Source: Laetmonice hystrix
Lineage: Eukaryota
Length of the DNA: 64,000 bases
Assembly: GCA_965235115.1 (NCBI GenBank)
Contig: OZ249439.1
Coordinates: forward strand, 12,214,001-12,278,000
Direction: 5' to 3'
In this document: positions 27,253 to 40,443 of the stretch, one piece after another
Layout: every line of letters starts with the position of its first letter
Numbering within the stretch: position 1 is the stretch's first letter
Notes under the pieces: generated by a model
Databases searched by the model: none
What the model saw: only the letters and a program-made list of their open reading frames with translations
What the model was told of the DNA's origin: nothing
Translations under genes and position numbers: made by a program

Positions 27253-30200
27253 TAATATGAAAGAAAGAACACAAGGAATTCTTGAAGTAGGCCTATTGAA
27301 TAGATAAAGTAACACATAATGAACAAACAGAATTTCGTTTTATCCTTTACTTAAAGTTATGCCCGGTTTGAAAAGATGAAAGGGAGGTTTAGCATGGCGA
27401 CTTAGATTTCAATTATTTAGGGAGGGTTAGTTCTGTGGGATTGCATATAAATGTAGCCATAAAGTGCGGACCCTCATTAGACTAGATCCTTTGGGATTGC
27501 CACTCTATGCCGGTATGCGGACACACACAAAATGGTTTATACCAGTTATATCGGCACGAGACCCCGCCGGAAATCCTCTGAGGATTTTCATCACGAGGCG
27601 AGTGGGTCCAGGATTATATTCCTAAAATAAAAGTCACTCCCTCGGGAAAGTGCTTTCCACCGGATGGACCGACAGAGATGGAGGCATCCAGAGATAGAGG
27701 GAGCTAGAGAGAGGGAAAGACGAGGGTAGAGGGGCGTGGACCAAAGTATTCGTCCTGAGCATTGTGTATTTATGAACTACCTGGGGACTGAGTTAAGGCA
27801 CATAAGAGTGGGGCTGTGCAGGCACAGGGCACATGGGCCTTCATGTCGGGGATAGCTCCCCCATATCAAGCGCTGTCCAGCCGTCGCCTGGGGCAGTGTC
27901 CGTCCGAACCCCCAGCCACCCGGCTAGACGACTGTCACAGCCGGCCAATGTCCTGGCCCGTTGGCCTTCAAATTGCCCAACGTTGACGGATCATTGTCCC
28001 CTCCCAATTCTCCGAGGCCTTCACAGACTAGTGAATATTTCATTTCAAGGAAAGTCTAAGAGGAAGCGCCGACCTTCTCGACTGGACCTCTTGGTGACAA
28101 GCGAGTCACCAATCTAATCACATGGGAGAAGTCATAGGCTGTGCTAGGAGGGTACCTCCTTGACATCTGTCTTTTGACGTACATATACGTCGTTCAGAAC
28201 CACCAAACTCGGCCCGAACAACCACCGTCTATTGCCGTCTCCTATTACTACAGAAGACTATAGAGTGGGGCAATGGATGTCCTTCCGCTGCTTCACTTGT
28301 CAGGGAGACTGATAAAAAGATAGGATTCGGCATCGGAGACTATAACCCTGAGGCGGACCAGATCGATAAGTACTGCACTCATAAAGCCGCTCTGCAGGCT
28401 CGTCATCGGGCTTGTCGCCTGCGGCTGGAAGAGACTTGGCTGACCCGGTGACCGCCCCGCTCAATGACCAGTCAACTCACTAATGTGCCCCCGCCCCTTT
28501 ACCCATTAACATGGGCACATCTACGAAACCCTGCGACACGACTTGCTACAAACGTCTTGTTGGTTATCTCTAAATTCATTCCATTCACATCTGACATCCG
28601 GGACCTACACAAAAGGCAACCATGACCATCCAGAAATTACCTGTATATACAACAGCTTCGGGACCTTCAGGTGGTGATTTTCTTGCTAGGCTCACCGCAT
28701 CAATGTACGCAATATACATGTAATTATTGACTATGTACAAATAATGACCAAAACGGTGGTGTTGGGCAGTGTTTGCCATCAGTTACTGAACCCCTCACCT
28801 GGATGTAGTACTGTTATACACAGTACCCCCAACTCCCATCTACATCCATAGGTTGAATGCCCCATCGCTTTCGTTGCTCAATCTTGCGAGAGGTTCCGGC
28901 CGTCAATCGCCTTACAGGAAATTACACAACATGCATGGCAAATTCTAAGGACACGAATACACGCAATTTATCGTACCACCCTTTCATATTTCACAGAAGC
29001 ACTGAACGTAATCATATCGTAGACTCTATACAATTTTCTGTAAGAGTATACCCAGGGTAACAAAGTAATGTAGAACGGTTTGCATGCAGTGCGGTCCCTA
29101 AGTAGCCTAGATGTCCAAATGTCGGCAGCCATACTTTGTCTTTGTCTATATATAATATAGCCTATGTGTCCTTCTATCCAATATCATTAGGCGTCGACCT
29201 TTACCTCTTACCTTTACGTCGCCAAACACGCACTTTACAATAACCCATGCACCCCCTCGCACGGCTTCACCCCCCCCCCCATCTCCAAACACAACCATGC
29301 TTTCCTTCACGATGCCTGGCAGTAGAAATTAATGTTGATCACTCCCTGAAATCCATTCCGATGACTTCCCTTCAAACCACCCCATCGCCATATCTGCAGA
29401 TTTTGTCCCTCCATGTTGGCCCAAGTCATGGTTGGCAGGCAGATTATCACTGGTCATCGACCTTATGAATTTCACGAGCAGTCGATACGGTCTGGGCGTG
29501 TCTGTGAACGGGACTGGACCGCTTGTCGCCGAGTTCCAGGCGTGGTCCCACGGGTCCGGGTAAACATTACCCTCCTACCGGTCAGCCTGGCTCGTCAGAC
29601 GGTCGGCCTAGGATCCACGGCGCTTGTGTGGTCACAAGGGCAAGCGTCCCGAGGCTTCAGTCTGACCCATCATCCTGACTCCAACCCAGCTTGCTGCATC
29701 AATTCTTGCTAATCGGGCCAGTAAGACTTTAAGTACACAATACGCTATGCATGCGCCCCTTGTGTCGCCACAATGAAGGCCAATGGTACTTAACGTTTGG
29801 CCAGCAAGCTTGATGGCCCTTTCTAGTGATATACACCCCATCGGCAGGGGGCGCCACGGGCACAATCAGACGACCTAGAGTGTGATTAATAGAAGTGATC
29901 TAGAACAACCATTCCAAGGAGGGAAACGACCTACCGCCGCTCCATTCTTATGGGTACACAGGCAAAGGCCCGGCCATAAAGACTCTTCACCTTGACATCC
30001 GCTCTGACTGGATTGCACCTAGCGTGTAACGATTCATTAATACTTTGTGCACACAACCAACATAAACATCAGGATTCAGCCCTGTAGGGGTCATCCATGT
30101 TTTCAACAAGGATGACCAGTGAAACCGGCGAACACTAAATATTGTGAGACCTCTTTTTTAAAACCTCTCCTTCCCTAAGCATTAGAGGGAGTAACTGATG

Positions 30201-32981
30201 CGTGACATGCCTGGTGTTTTCATTGTCGCCCTTAATCTAGGGTCGTTGTAGGCAGTGTTACACAATGTGTGGATGTCATTACAGTCACCTGGTCATTAGG
30301 GCCGGCTGGAGTATTATACGTGTACAGTGGGTAGGTCCCAGCGGCCCTAATGTTGGCTGCTGGCCGCTGTGCATGATGGGACCTGCAAACCCCACGTCAA
30401 TCTAAAACAGAATTTAAATTATACACATAGTGTTTCCGACAACTGCCCACGTATAATGACGAGGGACAGATGTATAATGACGACAGATGTATTAACGACA
30501 GATGTATAAAGACAACGACTTGTCTTCAAGTGCATCCACACGATATTATGAAATCGATTCCGACTTGCCCCCCCCCCCAGAAGTTTAGGTGTCTCTATGA
30601 GCTGGTAAAAAGAGAATTAAGCTAGAAATATGAGTGAGCCATGATTAACGTTAGAATGTTGTGGTGGTGTCCCTCTTGTCCAAAGTTGAAGGATGACAAT
30701 ATGATTGACGAATTTTGATGTGCCAGAACAAGAGCTAAGTCTGAGTTCTAAATGTCATCATCTCGTTTCATCCGCGGAAACCTGATGTACAGTCTATAGC
30801 CAGGAATAGTTCTTTGTGTCCATACTGTTTCAATGAAACTTTAAATCTTCGTCGTCTTGTGTTAGACCTATTATTACTTATTGTCAGATTCGAGCCATCC
30901 TGAAATGGTGATATGAATGTAAACGTATTGTCGAAGCACCAATAAGCTGTAATCATGGTTGGTGCTGAAAACCGGTGGTTTCGTCGAGTCACTTGCCAGT
31001 AAAGCAAATTAAAAAATAGAGATAACAATACATGGCAGGTAGCCGGTCACATGCAGGTAACCATTGACTGCATTATTATGTGACATCAAATACATTTTGT
31101 ACTTGTGTGTTATAAACGTAAACACATGGCCGGTAAAAAGGAAATATAAAGAATGAAGAAATTATGTCAATTGAGGAATGCGTGGAGTGAGGACACGTGG
31201 TAAAGCACGCTGACTTGGTGTTTCACTCTAACCTCATCCTCTTTCTTTCATCACCACCCTTACGTGTCGGGTTACTACACAAAAACGGCTGCCATAAACA
31301 CACACCTACACACCTTCCCGTTGACTGAGGCGCTAATTAACATTTCAATGAGCGCCAAGAGGCCTGCTGGCCAATGACGAGCCGCACCGGCCCCGTCATT
31401 GTTGAGGTCCCAGCCAATCAGAAGGGTGCAGTGAGTTGGACAATTCCTCGTGAAATGCCACCATCATAAGTGAGGAAATTACGGTATCATGAACTGGTAT
31501 AATTACTTGGTGCGACTGGCGTGACTGGGCTGAGGCAGTTACTGCAGTAGCGAGAGACAGCCAAAGACAGCCCAGTGTAGCCCTATGACCGGGATTGTGG
31601 TGGCGGGCGGGGTAGAAACAGCAGGACTGGCGCTCCACCAACCAGCAGGACCATAGCAGTTGTGAAGTCGACTGAGCGCCGTCAGTCGACGAGAAGCGTT
31701 GGTGCGGACGGTACGTACGTAGCGCCACTGTCTGTGGTAGAGAGGGGGAGTGAGGGGGGAGAACTAATCTATACCCTGTTACGTACCACATCTGATGCTG
31801 GAGGCAGCTGGTCTTACTCCAGCCAAATCCACATCTCACACTCGGCTGACACAGCACGTGCGTACACGTGAGTAGTATACATGCACGCGTCACAGGGTTG
31901 TTTTATTAGTTTGTTAAGTCATATATTGTCTCCGTCACGCGTTCTGACGTCTACGTGACCAGATGTGTTTGTCACGGTACCGTTACGGCACATCTGCTGA
32001 CATTGACCTTGGCACGATGACATGTAACTTAATGACAACACAATTATAATACTTTGAATTGTGTACTTTCAGGTCGATTGCATTGACGGCTGAAAGGAGG
32101 TTTCACTCACCGGCGTGATGCTGACACCAATGGGCAGGACTTTGACATCGGCAACATACAACTCACAAATCGACGTTGCTATGATTTTATCGACCCACAG
32201 ATGTGATAGATTGAGTGATTTCACCGGGGCGACAAGCACTAGGGACATACGCCTTTAGCTTCGATGGAACTGTGTGTGTTCGGTAGGGCCGCATCGCTGG
32301 GGCCACTCTTGCTGAAGGGACTCTCCGCTCGGCGTGCGAGCTGACGGCGACCGGTGAGCGGAGACGGGTGACAAGGAGGAGACACGATGTCACGTCTAGG
32401 TGTACACATGGATGTCGTACCTGCTGGCTTTACCCTGCCGCGGTAACCTAATATGGTGGATGTTGTGATCAGGGAGCCATTGCTCGCGTAGGCAGTGGTT
32501 GTCCTGCTGCTACTGCTGCTGCTCTTCACGATATAGGCTGAGGGTGGGAATCCACCAAGGGGTAGCACCCCAGGTGATGTGTGTAATGTCAACCGACTTG
32601 GATACCCTCGCGTGTGCCAACTCTTTCATCTCTCTCTACTTTCTTCAGTGTCTCGGACTTCAGACACTTGCAGGTATAAAGTTCTACAAGTGTTTCTGTC
32701 TCAAAGACACAAGTGTATCAATTTACGGTAACCCGAGGGCTAAATGTGAGATAGGTATTAGTTTCTGTTTGTGCTTAAGGAACGGGGCCGCACGCGCGCA
32801 ACACGTTTTTTAAGGACGACGAACCCCACGAGCTTGCTACCCGTATTTTATGGTTTCTTTGACATTTCAATTTAAATTGAAAACAAAAACGGCCAGAGTG
32901 AGCGTTTCTTTGCTCTCAGCAATCTTCCAGTTTTGTTTCTTTCGGCCTTGTTGAGGCGACAGGCATTCCACTGACCGCATT

Positions 32982-35744
32982 ATGGGAATCGTCAAGAGTA
33001 GCTCCATGGCGGCAAACTGGCCTTGCCTTCCTTCTTTGCTCTTGGTTGTTGGAACACTGTTAGTGTTGGCGCTTGGGGCCGTATCCTCACAAGAGACTCG
33101 CCACATGGAGCTGCCCTACCGTATACTGGAGGACCTCCAGCGGGGGACATTTGTCGGTAATCTTTTCAAAGACGCTGGGGTGGGATCTCGCTATTCAGAG
33201 GAAGAACTGCGAGATGTCGAGTTCCGGTTCTTGTCGCGACCCGACAACCGATTCAGCATTGAGGAGGACACGGGGATTTTACGAACAGGACTGCGCATCG
33301 ATCGCGACGAGATTTGCGCCCATAAGCCAACATGTACGATAAAACTGGACGTGGTAGCCGTTATCCCTGAGCCACTGAGGTTTCTGGAGATCATTAAAGT
33401 CAACATCGAGATACTCGATCTCAATGACAATGAGCCACGTTTCCCGGAGTCTAAACTGTTATACCAAGTGCTTGAGTCGGCCATGCCGGGCAGTAGTTTC
33501 GTCATTCCAACCGCTATCGATCCTGACAGTGGGGATTACGGCATACAGAGATATGAATTACTGTCAAACACGGATAAATTTGAGTTAGATGCAAAGCCGA
33601 AAGTAGATGGATCCACAGAAGTGCGGCTTGTAACTCGGCAGCGTTTGGATAGGGAAATCCAGGACTTTTACCAGATGAAAGTGTTTGCTTACGACGGGGG
33701 AAATCCTCCCAAATCAGGTTCTGTTGATATCACAGTCACCGTGCAGGACGTTAACGATAACGATCCAATATTCACCAACGCCACCTATGAGGTAGCCATC
33801 TTGGAAAACATGCCGCCACAGAACACCATAGTCAGAGTCCATGCCAATGATCACGATATTGGCCTCAATGGCCAAGTCGTGTATGGCTTTTCTGCCACCA
33901 CTCAAAGTGCTTATGGAGATATGTTTGGAATCCGCAATTCCACCGGCGAAATTTACGTTAAAGGCGTCATAGATTATGAAAAGAATCCAATCTACCACCT
34001 GTCTGTGACGGCACGTGACTTGAGCCCCGACTCGCGCACGGCAGACGCCACCGTCATCATTAAGGTCAAGGACGCCAACGACAATGCCCCCCAGATAACG
34101 GTGAACACCTTGGCAGCAACCGGAACTGACTTGGCGGAAATTGCCGAGGATGCGGATCCCGATACATTCGTGGCGCACATAACAGTGACGGACCCAGATT
34201 CGGGAAGGAATGGCCAGTTTATATGTTCGTTAAATGACAATCATTTTCAATTGGAGCAGATTTATAAGAGCGAATATAAGATTGTGACTCGTGCGTATCT
34301 TGACCGAGAGACTAGACCTGAATACAACCTGGCCATAGCGTGTCGTGACCGAGGTTTAGAGCCTCAGGTGGCCATTAAACACATGAAGGTACGCGTGACT
34401 GACGTCAATGATAATCCACCTGTCTTTAGACAAACCCAGTACCAGGCCACGCTCATTGAGAATAATTTTATCGGAGCCTTCATTGCTCATGTAAACGCCA
34501 CTGACGCCGATTCAGGTAGGAACGGTGATGTTGGATACAGCGTCGAGCCCAACTACCAGAATTACTTCAAAGTGAACCCGACCTCAGGCATTGTGAGCGC
34601 AGCGGTTATGTTTGACCACGAACAGGTACAGCAGCTCAAATTTAACGTGCTTGCCTCCGACAAAAGCGACAAACCTCAATCTAGCATTGCCACAATAACT
34701 GTCAATATTGATGACGTTAACGATGAAAGCCCTGTATTCAGTCAAAATGGATATTCTTTTGGTGTATTTGAAAACGAGCCATCAGGAACCGAGGTGGGAA
34801 TAGTTCACGCGGAGGACAGGGATAGCCCTCCTTACAACCAGTTCGAGTTCTCTTTTTATCCAACCTCGGATGCCATTGATAAGTTTGTTATTGAACCCAA
34901 CCGTGGGACGATCACGACCCGAGTGGTCCTAGATCGTGAGGAGTACTCGGTGTATTATCTGGTGGTGATGGCCATTGACAAGGGAGATCCACCCAGGACA
35001 AGCAGTGTAACAGTGTCGGTGTATGTCTCCGATAAAAACGATAACCCACCCATCTTTGATTTCCCCTCCAACTCAAACAACACTATACACATTTCTAACA
35101 TGGTACCTGAGGGGTACGTAGTGACCCGAGTCCGGGCCCATGACCGCGATATTGGTCCGAATAGCAATCTGACCTACCAGGTCACCAAGGGTACGGGCAG
35201 GCAAGTATTCAGTGTGGATTCTCACTCGGGGAGTGTTACTGTCGTCAGTGACCAACTAAAGAAGATCGACTTTGAGGTGTATGATCTGGAGATTATGGTA
35301 CATGACCATGGTCTGCCAGAACAGACGGCAAAAACTCATCTGAATATTGTCGTCAACCACACCATCCCTTTCACTCAAAACCAGGGCGGCATGCTGCTAG
35401 GACACAACCTCATGATAGTTGTCTCAGTAGCCTGTGTTACAGGGGTGATAGTAGTCCTCCTCATCATCGCCATTTTGGCCTTGCGACGATCGGGGCGACA
35501 CGAAAAGAATGGCAAATACAGCTGCCCGACGAAGGCGCTGACTCTGCTCAGTACAAACGACCCTCCCAAGGAGGCCGATGATAACTGTCGTAACAAGGGA
35601 TACGAGACGGAGCGGAATAATATAAAGAATATGATGAATAATCACCATGTGATGATGTCAGACCGAACCGACATTTGTTGTGACGTCGACAACGAGAAGG
35701 ATGAGAAGCCTACCAATATACCGTCGCCCCCACCACCACCCCAG
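32982..35744 (+). CDS. Pcdh: Protocadherin (7 EC repeats, delta1/PCDH1-7-9-11-like), large first coding exon: signal peptide, EC1-EC7, TM and 87 aa of cytoplasmic tail
   Basis: Uninterrupted ORF with a hydrophobic signal peptide. Six DxNDN/DxNDE-P-x-F-type linkers (DLNDNEPRF, DVNDNDPIF, DANDNAPQI, DVNDNPPVF, DVNDESPVF, DKNDNPPIF), AxDxD and LDRE/IDYE motifs. EC1 carries the protocadherin C-x5-C (ICAHKPTCT). TM LMIVV...AILAL at 35409-35483. Donor CAG|GTTAGT at 35744/35745, phase 0. The start may instead be the second ATG (33006, tccATGG). Confidence 0.95.
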
Positions 35745-37756
35745 GTTAGTAGTTGTCACCAATTCCTCACTATCACCAAGGACAGCCAGACGTTTCTTTC
35801 TGTTTTATAAGTAGATTGCCTTTGCATATATGTCACCACTCGGTCGTCATGTTCCTTGCAGCCAATCCCGTCAAAAATTAGCTGTTTCAAAGAATTTCGA
35901 GGTTTACGATCTCAGATATCTTGCACAATATCGATTGCAACCAGGTTTAGACACTGACAGTCTCGAGGTTTATTTTTGTGGTTTGCTACTAATCAAAACT
36001 CATTTCTGATTAAAAAATTATTATTATTGGCAAAGATTTTATTAGCAATTGAATACTGTCATAAGCCATTCCCTTCTCGAAATGAATGATGCTTGTGGTA
36101 CGAGATTAACTAAACTTACAAAAACGAGTGATCATACGGGGTAACGCGAAATGAATCTTCTTCCTTATCTGTAATGGGATCATTCTACAGTTTGACACGC
36201 TGGTAATGAAGTAATAAAGCTAATATTAACTAGGTTTCTGTAATGTGGACTTTGCTTATCAATGCAGAGGCGTTGGAAGCACCCATTGTACCTGGCTAAT
36301 GTATATTTAAATTATTTTCACTGCCACATCTCCGCAATGTAATTTACAGAGATAATTGTAATGTTTCTCAGGGTGATTTTTTAAAGATTCTTAATAAGGA
36401 AATCTATTTCTAAAGTTTCCCGAAAGGCCCCAAAGCAGTAAAAGAAACTTCAAGTCGAATATCAACAGTCAACAACCAACTCGGAATGGGAGACGTGTGA
36501 ATACCTTTATTTTACAGATGTTATGAAACAACACTACGCTCGTAATTACTATTGCCTAGATCTTTCCAAACACCCATGATTGAAAGCTGCTTATAAATAC
36601 CTACTTATAATTGGTATTATAAAGACATGATATGGTTTCACTGAAAAGTGTTTCTCTCCATTGTTAGACTGCATGGTCTCTATGGCTCCAGGGAACATTG
36701 ATTATATAGAGGGACACTACACAAATTATGTGACGCGCCTGTTGGCGGTACTTCCCCACCTACGCACACAACGGTTAAAGCTCTCGCATACATAATATAC
36801 GTGTTTACGGCTTCCAACTTCATCATTCATCCACTATCAATGAAACCCCCAGCTATCTACAATAGAGAGCTGGGTGCTAAGTCTGTATCATTTGTATATA
36901 TTACCCTAATTAGGCTCATGCACGCATTTATTATAGTATGCTATTTTTGTTCTAAGCCATAATGTACCAGATGATACCCATTGAAATTTCTTTTTCGCGT
37001 GACTAATAAAGCTAGCACAATCCATCGAGCCGGCGTAAGAAGATTGCTGTAACCTTTTCATTAGTTTTTACACAGAAAATCTGCCTGGGTGGTGTAATCA
37101 GCGCTTCCATTCTCCGACCAGCTTCCATCTATTCTCCAGTATATATAAAACCTAGTTTAATGTTTACTTTTTCGCGTTTTCCCTTTTGCCGTACCGGAGA
37201 GCCATATCTGGCTCCTGTGTTACGTACGACGTAAAGCAGAGTGCACCCCGACTGGTTGTTTGAAGTTGAGCGTTATTGATGGTTAACATGTTGCCAATGA
37301 TAGGACCTGCTCTTTCTTGTGTGGACCGAGATTGTATATTATCGATAAGCCTTAAGATGAAAGCGATCGTGCGCCTGGGTCTTACCGATACGGAGACTGT
37401 TGGGCAGAGTCCGGACCCTTGACATCCTGGCTACAAAAAGCTGGGAGTGACACTCTAAGGATTGACCTCACATACAAAGGTATCCTCCTATCGCTATAAT
37501 TAGCTCTATCTGTCTTATACCCCTCATCACCAAGGAGCCACGTGCCGTACCGGTATCAAATATCATCAATAACAAGGCCTGGCACCGGAGAGTGCATACT
37601 AAGTAAATATGGCATTTGATCCAAGCATCTAAATATAGGAATCATGGGCCCTGATTACAATTTGACTCTTCTTTAACAAAGACAGTATGTGGGGAGATAA
37701 TTTATAGAGGGAGAATTCGGTTTACTATCCACAGCGACGTAATGCGAGGGAGACAC

Positions 37757-37789
<33 letters not shown>

Positions 37790-39672
37790 AGAAAGTGAAG
37801 GGAAGGAGAGACACTAAGAGAGAGAGGGTTGATGTTAGAACGATATACTAGCAGAGCCTGGTCGGGCAATAATCCGTCAGCCTCAACGTAAGGCTCTCGT
37901 CGGCCAGGCTATAATTCATCCAGTGGCGACACGCTGGGGTAGGAGTATCAGATCCACACGTAATACAAGCATACACTCTTAATGTAGTCGATTATGATCG
38001 ATCCTCGTACCCTTATACAGCCAAAGAATGCCATATAATGAGTTCGGCACGTGTTGGTGGGATTTGTATCCGACATTGATTGACCGTGTTCGGCAACGGC
38101 CCCCCGCGAAGGTGTGGCCAAGCAAAAGGGTGATGGCAGCGCCATGAACGTCGTACCCACAACAGACTGGCTTATAATGTATGGGCCAGACCAGCACGAT
38201 GGCGATTCCCTGTAACCGCACCTCCTCCAAAAGCAACTTGTCTGCATCCATGCGACCCCCGGCCACCCGTGAATTAATATTCCATCCATCTATGCCGGAC
38301 CCCGACGTCGGACGGCACACAATTCTGTGCCGACCGATGGTCATTGACCTGAAGAATAGATGGAATTCCTACGTTACCCAGCTAAGGAGAGTAGCCAACA
38401 GACGGTCGGCCTGCCAACGAACCGCACACATACAAAAATAGTAAATACCTTCAGAAAAAATCGTATTCAGTGTTAAAAAATCGTATTTGCATAATTTCGC
38501 ACAAAAACAAGGGAGCAAATTAATTCCAATCACCATATATCTTCATAGTGTATTACACAAGGCTTAACAGTGGCCGTAGAATGTGAGGAGATCTACATAA
38601 GAGGATCCACGAACAAGCGAGGTCCGTTATAACGAAATTTTGTGCTGGCGTATTTGCTTGACCAAGGCATACAGCCAGCACGATATTTTCGTAGTGGCTG
38701 GCAGGTCTGTGCGCGCCATAGAGATGATTTACTGGTCTTCTAGGCAGCTACACACAGTGGCCAAATCCGCGCCCGCCTGAATCGGAAGAGTTTGTCTTCC
38801 TCCCCCAATATCCCACTATAACTCATAGTCATCCAGGCACACGGCTTATGCCACTTCTAGCCCATGTTTTCCCTACACCGATACCCTTATTAAATCAACC
38901 ACACACAGGGCAGACGGCACCGTGAAAACGGACCATTTGTTCAATATGCATATTTGATTATTGGCAGCTCTTCGATACGTCTCTCCAGTAAACGTTGGGG
39001 GAAAGATAGACTGATTCCGTGCATGCCAAAGATACTCTCCAGTACTTACGCCGATACAAACTAAATTACCCAATGTCACAAATACATTTATGCACAACAC
39101 ATCACAACCTTATATTAGAATATTCTCCCTAGAGGTTTCCCCGGAAAGCTAGCCTTTCTGACCCCTGTGATTTTCAACCCTCTGGTGTTAGTAATTGTCA
39201 TAACAATGCTTGTCTTTAGCCACGCTGCGCTAAGCCACCCTTTGTATTATATAACATAAGTGATTATGAAGTTTTCGACGTCTTTAGAAAAATGTCCGTA
39301 ATGGCCTAATGTTCAATACCACAGCACATCACAAGACGCTGTCTTGTGATGTTCACTTTTCTGGTGTTTTAACTAAAAACCCTTACCATATGAAAATCTT
39401 CAAACGAAATGGGGTTGATTTATTTTGATCTTATTTTATTTTTTATCAAAGACTACTGCAACGTAGCTTGGTAAACATACATTTCACCATAGGCCTATAC
39501 AGCGCACGCAAGAAAAGTGATTTCATCAATTCATCATGCATTATCATTGTGACAAGTTTCCTTGGGGTTTTTGACTGAGATGTGTTCTATGAAAGTGAAT
39601 TACAGCAGCAATGAGAACTCCTCGTACCTGGTGGATAGTTTACTGCCCCGGGAAGTGGAAGCGACAACATTA

Positions 39673-40443
39673 GACAGGTTCTGCTATCCCGTTCCGTCTC
39701 CGGCTCCGGGATCGGCTATGCCGATCTCGGAGCCGGAGACGGAACGTCGTATTTTGGTTCTGCTACGCCGGTGCCGCCGCGTAATAGGAAGTGGCCAGGT
39801 TACCATAACAACCAGGGCCGTAGCCTGGCCCAAATGCGTGGGGGGGGGGGGGGGGGGCAGTAGGCCTGCCAAGTGATGGCGCGTCATTGCGCCGGTCGAG
39901 CTGGCCCGGGGTGTGGGTTAAAAAAAAACAAAAAAAACTGAAAAAACCCAGGGGGGCAGCTGCCCCCCCTACCCCCCCCCCGCAGGCTACGGCCCTGACA
40001 ACAACATAACAACAACAAACACAAGAGTGAATATGGCGGGTGATTTGACTTTGGTCGAGTTGGCTGCTCTGACAGATTGTGTCGCCTAGCGAGCGCCATG
40101 CGATGACAGGGCCTAGCTGCAGTGAAGGCAAAACAGCACATCACTTTATGACCAAAATAGTTGAAAATACCACGAGATATGTGCGGACAGCCGATTCACT
40201 AAAGTCTTCAAATATTAATCCAACTACTTGACACTTCAAATCCATTGTGTCAACTCATGGAAAGAAGAAATCGAGGAAAACCCTACGCCGTTAGACACTT
40301 ACGGGACAGAGCCGATCTATCTCGGGACCCGGGAACGGCTCAGCTTCAAATACGCGCGTGTCGATGACGTCACGGTATTTTCTGATGACGCGACGCGGTG
40401 CTAAGCCGGAGCCGGAGACGGAACCGGGATAGCAGAACCTGTC
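39673..40443. mobile_element. PIF/Harbinger-like (Tourist-type) non-autonomous element, 771 bp including the nested MITE
   Basis: TIR GACAGGTTCTGCTATCCCGTTCCGTCTCCGGCTCCGG (39673-39709) matches 40406-40443 apart from a 1-nt indel. TTA flanks both sides (39670-39672, 40444-40446), the TWA-type TSD of PIF/Harbinger. Confidence 0.85.
39813..39997. mobile_element. Second copy of the CAGGGCCGTAGCCTG MITE (185 bp), nested in the Harbinger-like element
   Basis: Same 15-bp TIRs as 13090-13225 and a near-identical core (GGCCTGCCAAGTGAT-GCGCGTCATTGCGCCGGTCGAGCTGGCCCGG) in reverse orientation. 5-bp TSD ACAAC. Carries ~50 bp of extra internal A-rich sequence. Confidence 0.9.

Noticed and set aside
28164-28451. 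95-codon stop-to-stop frame (…VRETDKKIGFGIGDYNPEADQIDKY…LEETWLTR*)
   Set aside because: No ATG, no recognisable motif, and ORFs of this length are common by chance in this window.
4050-32567. CTCF-like motifs at 4050-4063 (13/14), 29841-29854 and 32552-32565 (12/14 each), the last ~430 bp upstream of the Pcdh ATG
   Set aside because: With consensus CCASYAGRKGGCRS and uniform base composition, roughly one match with at most 1 mismatch and about a dozen 2-mismatch matches are expected by chance on both strands of 64 kb. ChIP data would be needed.
33073-35648. Overlapping antisense and alternate-frame ORFs within the protocadherin exon
   Set aside because: These are shadow ORFs of a real coding sequence, with no independent features.
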